Source: Chiloscyllium plagiosum
Lineage: Eukaryota
Assembly: GCF_004010195.1 (NCBI RefSeq)
Contig: NC_057720.1
Span: forward strand, 25,499,611-25,536,614
DNA: 37,004 bases
Direction: 5' to 3'
Part shown: piece after piece, positions 22,780-32,470 of the stretch
How the letters are laid out: each line of letters opens with the position of its first letter
How positions within the stretch are numbered: position 1 is the first letter of the stretch
Made by a program: the position numbers and the translations under genes
The notes under the pieces: generated by a model
Told to the model about the DNA's origin: nothing
What the model saw: the letters and a program-made list of their open reading frames with translations, nothing else
Databases searched by the model: none

Positions 22780-23837
22780 GCCTGTGTGGAGTATCCTATG
22801 TCCTCCTAGACACTCTTGTTTCCACCCTTGCCAACCCTCCTTTATATGTCAGATTTCCTCTTTGCCCTCTCAGATTGCTGCCTTTGAATCCTAGCATTGC
22901 TGTCCTTTGATTAGCTCCCTCATTTGACATGCATTCAGATGACTAGTGCCCTGATTGATTTGGATGAACAGCCCCAGCTGAGAAGCAACCAAGCCTTTTG
23001 ATCTAGGTGCAGCTTCCTGACAGACTTAATGCATATCCCCTGACAGGTCTTGAACACCGACATGTGGAGCTCTCCCCTGGATACATACCTGCTGACCCTG
23101 ACTCCCTCAGTGTTTACCATGTACACTGAAGGTGTGCAGTTGTTCCATATGACAACTGTCCATCCCCTTGACTGACTGTGGCTGACAATTGGACAAGCTG
23201 CCTGAATCCAGTTCCTGTCCGACAAGTGGGAAATTGCATATTAATGAGGTGAGATTAGGTAATAATAAGGTGATAATTCCTGCACATAAGCCTCTCGCCA
23301 TCATGAGAAAGAACCTTGTCTCACCGTTGGAAGAACGGAACCTTTTGCTTCTGATCCTGGTAAACTTCCAACTGGCCATCCCACATAATTTCCCAAACCT
23401 TCCAGCCATGGTCCACATTGTATAGAGTCTGGGAAGATTAGATCTGGCCCACAGTATCCTTCCCACAGCTTGCCTCTGACCTTTCTTTCCCTCATAGATG
23501 GAAGATGCCATTGTTCTACTCTCTCCTTTGTCAGATTTCATTCAATGCTAGTAAATTAGGGGGCTTTGTGCTTTGCTGCAAAATAACACAGACCTTGGAC
23601 ACATTCTTTAATTGGGATAGAGTTCAGTTTTGCTTCAGAAACTATTTTGACTAAGATTGCTCTGTTGCAGGCCTTAAAACATGTGGCAGCACTCTTGTTC
23701 CCACCTTCTAACTGATGAGCCATCAATGATTGGAATCAAAAGCATCAGGAAGCTTTTGTCATGGTTTCAATCAGCCTTGCCAGGATACAGTGCAGTCAGC
23801 ACACTTCTGGTACAATGGGCATAAATCATAACCCTGC

Positions 23838-23927
23838 TGAAAATGTGTTGCTGGAAAAGCGCAGCAGGTCAGGCAGCATCCAGGGAACAGGAGAATCGAC
23901 GTTTCGGGCATAAGCCCTTCTTCAGGA
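23838..23927 (-). mobile_element. About 90-bp hammerhead-only PLE-derived insertion with 17-bp TSD
   Basis: Minus strand TCCTGAAGAAGGGCTTATGCCCGAAACGTCGATTCTCCTG...ACATTTTCA. ATAAATCATAACCCTGC at 23821-23837 and 23928-23944. Confidence 0.92.
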
Positions 23928-23929
23928 AT
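23893..23929 (-). ncRNA. Minimal hammerhead ribozyme with intact core
   Basis: CUGAAGA-A-GGGC-UUAU-GCCC-GAAAC-GUC, with a palindromic ACGU stem III as in dimer-cleaving PLE hammerheads. Confidence 0.85.
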
Positions 23930-24226
23930 AAATCATAACCCTGCCATTTTTCCATTCAGCATTTCATTTAGGCCTCTCTCCTGAGCGATTTCCCAGATTG
24001 CGGAAAGAAAAGAGGACGCTCTGCAGACAATACCTTACTATTACTGGAACCTAACTCAGTGAACGACCTGCAACTCAGAGTTTCACAGTCTTGTGTAGAA
24101 TAGCTGCAATATGTTGGAGTCCTCCCCGACACGAGTCCAGCTGTTCTGGATAATCATTCTTATGTGCTTTTTTAAAAACATTGCAAAGCAAGTGGATTAC
24201 TCTGAAGTGCAGTGGCCCATGTTAAA

Positions 24227-24573
24227 GCACAGTGGATCTACAGTTAGCATTGCTGTCTCACAGCACCGGGGACCTAGGTTCGATTCCACCCTCAGGCGAC
24301 TGTGCATCTGGAGTTTGCACATTCTCCCTGTGTCAACATGGGTTTCCTCTGGGTGCACTGGTTTCCTCCCCAGACCAAAGCTGTGTAGGTTACATGGATT
24401 AGACTTTCTAAATTGCCCAGTGTGCAGGACGTGCAGGCTAGGTGGATTAGCTATGGGAAATGCAGGGTTACAGGGAAAATGTAGTGGGGTGAGTCTGAAT
24501 GGGATACTCTTCAGACAGTTGGAGGGGACCCGATTGGCTGAATGGCCTGCGTCACACTGTAGGGATTCTATGA
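24227..24573 (+). mobile_element. HE1-type V-SINE
   Basis: Head with GGTTCGATTCC, V-domain GGAGTTTGCACATTCTCCCTGTGTC, tail CACTGTAGGGATTCTATGA. Confidence 0.88.
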
Positions 24574-24728
24574 AATCTGGCAGCCACTTTACATATGGAT
24601 TTATGTGTGGAAGAATGTTGGTCAAGACACTCAGCCAATTCTTCAAGTCATGCTATGAAAGTGGTAGTGTCACCACCTCTGGGCCAAGTCCCACCTACTC
24701 TGGATGGGTATCTGAACATGTCTAGGAG

Positions 24729-24964
24729 AAAGAGAGGATTGCAGATGCTGGAGGTCAGAGTCGAAAAGTGTGGTGCTGGAGAGACACAGCTGGTCAGGCA
24801 GTACCCAAGGAGCAGGAGAGTCGACCTTTTAGGCATAAGCTCTTCATCAGGAATGTTAGGTGCCATCCCTACATTCCAGATGAAGAACTTATGCCCGAAA
24901 CATCAACTCTCCTGCTCCTTGGATGCTGTCTGCCCTGCTGTGCTTTTCCAGCGCCACACTTTTC
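24729..24964. mobile_element. Head-to-head inverted pair of PLE pLTR/hammerhead segments
   Basis: 24763-24860 is the imperfect reverse complement of 24868-24964 around the loop TGCCATC. Confidence 0.88.
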
Positions 24965-25836
24965 ATGTCAGCACATCTTGTTTCAAAGACCTATAAATCC
25001 CCCTCCTATCTTGGAGTTCTCCGGTCTCTGTCCATTGGTTGCAATATTAGATAGTGCCTCGGGCACCTTCTTTACTGCTCAGGGATACAGGGCGGGCACT
25101 GACCAATTATTGGGCCCATGACTGGTTTATTCTTTGAGGTGGTTGTTTTACTACAGTTTCATAAGAAGTTACATTAAATCAAATCTCATTCAGACAGAGG
25201 ACCCATCCATCACCATGAAATTACAAAAGTAGCAATAAACTTTGCTGGCTTTTCCAAGCAGCATGAAGCATTGGTGCAGAAATCATTTTAAGTTTAACAG
25301 GGCTGGGAAATCCCTGCGCCTGCATTTCACTGTCAGTGGCAGGAAGCTTGATACGCTCCCAAGATTTGTGATTGTACTCATTGTTTGGAGGTTACTTGCT
25401 ATCAGAGTACTTTCTCAGTCCTGATTAATGACACAAATTTCCCTTTGCCTCCTCACTGGACGGTGAAACAGTCTGCCACTCAGTTACAAGCAGCACGATC
25501 TATCCAAGGAGGCAGCTCAATAATCAATGGCTCTGTAAAACTAAGCAGCCCTGTATGACACATTATTATCTGCGTCATTCAGATAAAGGCAGTGCCTTTT
25601 TAGGTTCATGATATCTTTGGCAATGAATTATGGTATGGGTATTGATATTGGGTTCTAGCTACAAATGATTTTACCTGGCTTTTCCACTGTCAGAGAGAAA
25701 TTGATGGAGCTGAAATCATGACTTCAAATTAAGTGGCAGCAAAAGTAGGAGAATTCATGGCAGCATTGGTGTCTGATAGCATACTGATGCAAGTGAAAGT
25801 AGGTTTAAAAGGTAGGGGGTAGGGGGGTGGTGGCGC

Positions 25837-26878
25837 GGGGGCAATGGCCGAGTGGTGTTATTGCTAAACCATGAATTTGGTAAGCTGGCAACAGAGCATG
25901 GCTGCCGAGGCCAGGTCTCATCCACTTTTCTTTTCATTACATTTTTTTCCCCTCTTCTTTTCTTGTTGTTTCTTCTTCTTTTATCTTTGAATTATCTCTC
26001 GGTGAAGAACTCAATGGTGGCGAGTCCACCCGGCGCTTCTGCATCGACGAGGCGGTCCTAACGCCAGCTCATGACAGCTGCGTTGGAGGCAAATTTGGGC
26101 CCAGAATGAGATCCGGCAGCATCAGCAATGGCTGCATGTCGAGGTTTGGCCCAAAGCAGTCTCACGATGGAAGAAGAGTTGGGTTTGGGCTGCTGCGGTA
26201 CCTGGCACGTTGTTGGTGGCTGCATTGGTGAGGTCCAATGAGGATTCATAGTGGCGAGGACATCAGTGGAGGCAAGATGGCACAGATGAGTGGCAACTCT
26301 TGTTCCAGTGGTTGTGGTGTGGCAAAGAGCACTTGTGCCTGGCCGCCAAGCCCATGGTGGAGCACTTAACAAGTGGATTGTGAAGTTGAACATACTTACT
26401 TATTTATTTTTCTGCCCTCGTGTTCATGTTTTCTGAGTTTTAAGATGGCGCAGGAGTGTGGCAACACTGTACAACACTTTTCACTGCATTTTGTAAGAAA
26501 CTTCATGTGACATTAAATGAAATAATAATAATAGCCACAATAATAAATCCAGAAACTCAGCTAATGTTCTGAAGACCTGCGTTTGAATCCCAACACAGCC
26601 GATGGTGGAATTTGAATTCAATTTTTAAAAATCTGGAATTAAGAATCTATGGAAGACCATGAAGCCACTGTCGATGGTCCGAAAAGCCCATTTGGTTCAC
26701 CAACAGCCTTCAGGAAGGAAACTGCCATTGTCATCTGGTCTGGCCTACACATGACCACAGACCCACAGTAATGTCCTCGGAAATGACTGAGGAAGCCACT
26801 CAGTTCAAGGGTAGCTAGGGAGGGGCAATAAATGATGGCCAGCCAGCAATGCCTACATCTCACGAGTGAATAAAAAAT
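25837..26878 (+). mobile_element. SINE family B split by an insertion at about 25880-26532
   Basis: Head GGCAATGGCCGAGTGGTGTTATTGCT at about 25840 resumes as AATCCAGAAACTCAGCTAATGTTCT at about 26546. Tail GGGCAATAAATGATGGCC..GAGTGAATAAAAAA. Confidence 0.82.
25880..26532 (+). mobile_element. Non-autonomous retroposon with a Rex1/Babar-like 3' tail
   Basis: Ends AAGATGGCGC...TTTTCACTGCAT...CATGTGACATTAAAT..(AAT)n. No tRNA head and no recognisable ORF. Confidence 0.55.
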
Positions 26879-26919
26879 ATCAAGTGGAACAAAGCTTCAA
26901 AACTATTTCAGAAAAAAAT

Positions 26920-27260
26920 CAGATTCAGTATCAGGAGTAGGCCATTCAGCCCGTTGAGCCTGCTCTGTCATTCAGATCCTGGATGATTTGAATGTCAAAT
27001 TCATTTGACTCTTATACCCCTTGATACCTCCATGAAATACAGCTCTATATGTCTCAGTCCCAAAGCTCCAATTGTCTGAGCCTTCAGGGGAGAGAGTTTC
27101 AGATTTCTATGACCTTTATTATGAAGCGATGTTTCGTGATTTTACAACTGAACATCTGAACTCTGATTTTCAAAAGATGTTACCTTGGTCATGTTTCGCC
27201 CTTTTGACAGTATCTGTCTTTGCAGCATTTAAACACCTCAATCTTACCACCCCTTCGCTT
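26920..27260 (-). mobile_element. Old CR1-group LINE 3' fragment
   Basis: CAGGAGTAGGCCATTCAGCCCGTTGAGCCTGCTCTG..TACCCCTTGATACC..GGGGAGAGAGTTTCAGATT. Confidence 0.7.
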
Positions 27261-27370
27261 TCCAAATTTTTACAAAGTTGCAAAGGAGAAACCTGACATT
27301 CACTTAGTGATCAAATGTAGTTTTATTTCAAAAGGACCAAACAGACCTCCATTATATTACTGAAGCAAAC

Positions 27371-28098
27371 TTGGGGTTTAGCACTGACTCTAGTGAGGGG
27401 ATTTGGGGTTTAGCACTGACTCTAGTGAGGGGATTTGGGGTTTAGCACTGATTCCAGTGAGGGGATTTGGGGTTTAGTACTGATTCCAGTGAGGGGATTT
27501 GGGGTTTAGCACTGATTCCAGTGAGGGGATTTGGGGTTTAGTACTGATTCCAGTGAGGAGATTTGGGGTTTAGTACTCACGCTTGTGAGGGCATTGGGAT
27601 TTAGTACTGATTTTAGTGAGGGGATTTGGGATTAGTATTCAGTCTAGTGAGGGGATCTGGGGTTTAGTACTCATTCTAATGAGGGGTTTTGTGTTTAGTA
27701 ATGATTCCAGTGAGGGGATTTGAGGTTTAGTACTGATTCCAATGAAAGAATTTGGGGTTTAGTACTGGCTCCAGTGAGGGCATTTGGGGTTTAATACTCA
27801 CTCCAATGAGGGGATTTGAGGTTTCATATTGACACCAATGAGGGGATTTGGGGTTTAATACTCACTCCAATGAGGGGATTTGGGGTTTAATACTCACTTC
27901 AATGAAGGGATTTGGGGTTTAATACTCACTCCAGTGAGGGGATTTGGGGTTTAATACTCAATCCAATGAGGGGATTTGGGGTTTAATACTCACTCCAGTG
28001 AGGGGATTTGGGGTTTAGTACTGAATCCAGTGAGGGGATTTGGGGTTTAATACTCACTCCAATGAGGGGCTTTGATGATTTGTGCTGACTCCAGTGAG
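27371..28098 (+). repeat. 32-bp G-rich minisatellite, about 22-23 copies
   Basis: Unit TTGGGGTTTAG(C/T)ACTGATTCCAGTGAGGGGAT and variants, head to tail with no spacers. Confidence 0.97.
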
Positions 28099-29059
28099 CT
28101 TCTTCTATCCTCTGACTGAAATTGATTACAGAAAGAAAATAATTTCTCTTGACCTGTAGGAAAGATTGATTAATTCTTTAACTTGATGAAAATGGCTGGT
28201 GTTTTTGGGAGCATCTTACTGGATGTTTAATATGGTACAAGGTTGCAGTCACACGGGGACCACTGGGATCTCTGATCTACACAATCCAGTCACTTGAATT
28301 TACTTGCTGCAAATGAGATTTGCAAGGTTAAATATTCGATTATATAGGGAGATTGGAAACACTGCAGTCCGTAAATTACTTATTGCTTGTTGAAACCGTT
28401 ACCCAAAATGAAAATAAAATAGCAGAACTCACTGAAGGAAAATTGTTGGCAGGCATGAAAGTAAAAATAAACTTTGCACAGTGGGCACTCTAGGTGCCCT
28501 GTACAGACACCCCCTCATTGAATGATATTTTTCCCTGCAAGCTTGTTGGCAAAGTTAGCTGATGGTGATATTTCCTGGCGTGGACATAATTGGAATAGAC
28601 AGCTTGCATGATTGTAACTGTGTCTCAGTATTCAAAGGGTAACTGTGTTTATGTGAATTTCCACATAATCTACTGTCATTGCTGTAACATGAAATATAAA
28701 TAGCACCTGCCCTTGAAAATTATTGACGTGATACATTCATTGAAAAATTTCACTTTTGTTGGGAAAATATTTCAGCCTTGTCCTATATTGTAGGAACATA
28801 CACAGGGCTTGATTTGGCCAGCACTGAAAGGGTTTCATCTACTTGAGAGAAATTGGCAATTACCTGTCAGTTTTGTGGGGATGGTCCAAAAGGATCAAGT
28901 GCCCTTCGGGCAATAAACTGGTCACCATTAGGAGTCATCCAAGAGGACCCCATCTCTCCACTGACAATTGGAGACCGGCAGTTGCCTAAGCTGTCTAGTG
29001 CCAGTGGGAGAAATGCCTGCTGATGGCACTGCAGCTATCAGGGATTCAGGAATGTTACA

Positions 29060-29420
29060 ATCACAGAGATGTGCAGCATCTACTCATTCATGCCAACCAG
29101 ATATCCCAGTCTGACCAAGTCCTATTTGCCAGTATTTGGCTCACAGCCCTCTGAACTCTTCTTATTTATGTACTCATCCAGATGCCTTTCAAATGTTGTA
29201 ATTTATACCCAACTCCATCACGTCCTTTGGCAGCTCATTCCATACATACACCATCCTCTGCATGAAATCGTTGTCCCTTGGGTCCCTTTGAAATCTTTCC
29301 CCTCTCACCTTAAACATATGCCCTCTAGATTTGGACTCACTTACCCTGGGGAAGAAAATACCTTGGTTATTCACCTTATCCATGTCCGTTATGGTTTTGT
29401 AGACATCTACATGACCCTTG
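29060..29420 (-). mobile_element. CR1/HER1 LINE 3' fragment
   Basis: Minus ORF DVYKTITDMDKVN..FPRVSESKSRGHMFKVRGERFQRD..QRMVYVWNELP. Confidence 0.88.
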
Positions 29421-29744
29421 CTTGAGAGCAGGAAGGAATTGGTTTTGCAGGTGGTGAGGGTCGATGCCAAGGGAAAGAGTTTGACTATAAGAGTGCCTGA
29501 CAATGGAATACCCTTGAAAGGTCACTTACAAAGCCAACATGGTTTGCTGAGAGGCCTTTGGGCAACAAGGGAAAGGTGTGCAACTCATTTTCAATCCCAG
29601 GTTGCAAGTGGGCATAGAGATAATATCTGTTAATCACTCATGATATGATTGAGCATATTGGACATTCCACCAGCTGTGACTGGGGATTCCACATCAGCTC
29701 CTTCAACACTCTGACTTTTCCACAATGCTTTCAGGGGATGCGTC

Positions 29745-30066
29745 TTTATTGACCATTCTTAATTTTCCTTGAACTGAACGCTTGCTCACCATTTGAGACG
29801 GCAGTTAAGAGTCAACCACGTTGCTGTACATCAGAGTCACTTGTCAGCCAGACTGGATAAGGACAGCAGATTTCCTCCATTAAATGAAATCAAGTGGGGT
29901 TTACAACAGCAATAGTTTTATGGTTACCATCATGGAGACTAGCTTTCAGTTCCAGATTTATTAACTGAATATTTCATCAGTTGCCTTTGAACTCATATTC
30001 TCCAGATCATTAGCCTGAGCTTTTGGACTACAAGTCCAATGACATTCTCACTATGTCAGCATCTCT
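29745..30066 (-). mobile_element. tRNA-derived SINE, family B (diverged)
   Basis: GGCAGTTAAGAGTCAACCAC..CCAGACTGGATAAGGACAGCAGATTTCCT..TTCCAGATTTATT. Confidence 0.75.
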
Positions 30067-30284
30067 CGGTAACTCAGAGTGGGGATTGGGTGGAAAAGCG
30101 CTTGTGATCTTTTGCAACCAGGAGACTGAAACAGGGCCTATCATGTGACTAAGCTGGTCTGGCCATCATGATTCCTAACAAAGCAAACTTGATTAAATCC
30201 AGCATATAGAATTAAGTTTTTTTTCTGTTTATTTTGATTGTTGTATCAAGAGAATTTGAGTACGGGCAACAAACTCACTGTTAA

Positions 30285-30615
30285 AAACAATAAATGATCA
30301 TGGCGGGTCAAGAACCATCCATGGAGAGAGAGCAAGCTAATGTTTCGAGTATAGATGACTCTCCATCAGTGTTAAGTGAAATGTGGGGGCGGACAGCATT
30401 TATGCAATAGTTTGAAGGTGCTAGTGGGTATAGGATGCTGATGAAGAAAAGATGTTGATAGTTCAGATTAAGTAATCAGAATGCGAAAATGGCAGAACAG
30501 TGGTGTGTCTCCTACCAGATTTGAAGAGACACTTACAACTCCAATGGGGGGAGGGGAGAGAGGACATGATAACAAGCTGAAAGAAAGGGAAGAAATGGGA
30601 GCTGGTTCACAATTT
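30285..30615 (-). mobile_element. PLE 3' region/pLTR of another family with a degenerate hammerhead (about 30338-30370)
   Basis: Minus strand CTGATGGA-GAGT-CATCTAT-ACTC-GAAACATT-AGC, preceded by a C/T-rich PLE-type 3' region. Confidence 0.65.
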
Positions 30616-30619
30616 ATAT

Positions 30620-30792
30620 TGGGTGTGGAGGTTGGAAACCTTACAACCTTTAAAACATATTTGGATGAGTACTTCAAATATTAGAACATTCAAAGATATG
30701 GGACAAGTGCAGAAAATTGGGATTAATGCACTTTTAATGATAGTTATGTTGGTGTGACCTGATGGGCTGAAGAGCATTTTCTGTGCTGTGAG
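30620..30792 (+). mobile_element. CR1-group LINE 3' tail fragment
   Basis: GVEVGNLTTFKTYLDEY* followed by GATGGGCTGAAGAGC..TTCTGTGCTGT. Confidence 0.7.
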
Positions 30793-31237
30793 AATCAATG
30801 AATACTGATGGGTCTCAGGGATTCCAAATGCCAACATTTACTTATTGGAAACAATAACTTTTTTTCTCTCTCTCTGTAGATGCATCCAGACCTGCTGAAC
30901 TTCTCCAGTACTTTCTGTTTTCATTTCAGATCTCCAGTGTAAACAACATTTTGCTTTCAGTTAATTGGGGGTCAAATGCTTTTTGACTGATGCCTCGGTT
31001 TCCAATCAGTGAAGTGAGTTTTGGAGCTGACCCACCCTTCTGCAGGCTGGGACAAATGTAACTAATAAGAAAAAAAATTATTCTTGAATCACATTATTTA
31101 AAAAAAGAACCTGCATTTCAGAATTGCTCCCAAATGAAATAAGTCATCATGATTGACCCCTTCCCTTGATAGTGGCTGCTCCATAATCCTCTTGTAGAGG
31201 CTACCTTTTGCTTGAAGGCTTGAAATTTGCACCATCG

Positions 31238-31885
31238 TTTTTTAAATTCATCCATGCAGGTGGGCATCACTGGCTAGGCCAGCATTTATTACCCAACCCT
31301 AATTGCTCAGAGGACAATTTAGGGTCAGTCCCATTGCTGTCGGTCTGGAGTCACACGTAGGCCATTCTAGGTAAAGACAGCAGATTTCCTTTGTGAAAAG
31401 GCATCAGTGAACTACATGAATTCTTCCTGACAATCATGTTTGTATTTGACTCTTACTTGCAGTTTTTTGTTGAACTTAAATTCCACCCATGATGGGATTC
31501 AAACCTGGGTCCCCAGAAAATTAATACAGGTACACAATCCTTTATCCGAAATTCTTGGGGCCAGTTGTTTTTTGGAATTTGGAATTTTTCGGTTTTTGGA
31601 ATAAGTGACATCTTCACAGTTAAATAAAACAAATTACCTAACAGCAGATGCATGTGTGAATAGTACGAGCGCTGAGACACAGTTGGTGCCTGCCAGTACT
31701 GAGCCAGGCCTGTCACATCTAAGTGATGTGGTTAGAGTGGGTGTGGAGTTGGGTCACCTGCTCACACGCCAACTGATGCTCCACACTCCACAAAAACATT
31801 TTGCATTTCAAAGCTTTTCAGATTTCGGAATTTCAGATAAAGGACTGTGTACCTGTAGTCTCATTATAATACCTCCAGGCCATCG
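31238..31885 (-). mobile_element. SINE family B interrupted by a MITE
   Basis: GTGGGCATCACTGGCTAGGCCAGCATTTATT..GGATTCAAACCTGGGTCCCCAGAA. Resumes TAGTC..ATAATAC..AGGCCATCGCC after the MITE. Confidence 0.82.
31527..31855. mobile_element. pogo/Tigger-type MITE (329 bp) with TA TSD
   Basis: 28-bp TIRs CAGGTACACAATCCTTTATCCGAAATTC / GAATTTCAGATAAAGGACTGTGTACCTG (2 mismatches). TA at 31525-31526 and 31856-31857. Confidence 0.93.
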
Positions 31886-32071
31886 CCTCTACTCAGTGTG
31901 ATCATTGAAGTTCTGTTTCAGGTTGGTCTTCTTGAATAAAAATGAGTAAGCAAGTACTGGCTTTTGTTATCGTATTGTAAGACCAAAGTGCCAATACTTA
32001 ATCCATTAAGGATGGGCTCAAAGCTACGGGACAAGTTAGCCATGGTATATTTATGGCGGTCCTAAGATTCG

Positions 32072-32304
32072 CACAGAGGGTAGTACGTGTATGGATTAAG
32101 CTGCCAGATGAAGTGGTGGAGGCTAGTACAATTGCAACATTTAAAAGGCATCTGGATGGGTATATGAATAGGAAGGGTTTGGAAGGATATGCGCCAGGTG
32201 CTGGCAGGTGGGATTAGATTGGGTTGGGAATCTGGTCGGCATGGACAGTTTGGACCAAAGGGTCTCTTTCTGTGCTGTACATCTCTATGACTCTATCACT
32301 CTAT
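32072..32304 (+). mobile_element. CR1/HER1 3' fragment
   Basis: Near-identical to 8357-8584. Tail CTCTATGACTCTAT. Confidence 0.9.
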
Positions 32305-32470
32305 GTGCAGGTTAGGTGAATTAGCCATGGTAAATTGTCAATAGTGTTAATGGATGTGTAGGCTAGGGGCATTAGACAGGGGAAATGTAGAGTAATGGGG
32401 GAGGGGAATGAGTCTGGGTCAGTGTGGACATGTTGGGCCAAATGGCCTGTTTCCACACTAGGGATTCTAT
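32305..32470 (+). mobile_element. HE1-type SINE, 3' half
   Basis: GTGCAGGTTAGGTGAATT.GCCATG..GGCCTGTTTCCACACT..GGGATTCTAT. Confidence 0.8.

Noticed and set aside
24111..24725. 204-aa ORF
   Set aside because: Chance read-through of an HE1-type SINE; similar pseudo-peptides appear at other SINE copies.
24717..24969. CATGTC as TSD of the fold-back pLTR
   Set aside because: Only 6 bp and not flush with the left end, so it could be chance.
27371..28098. CRISPR array or interstitial telomere
   Set aside because: Units are head to tail with no unique spacers, there are no cas genes and the context is vertebrate. The unit is 32 bp with TTTGGGG, not (TTAGGG)n.
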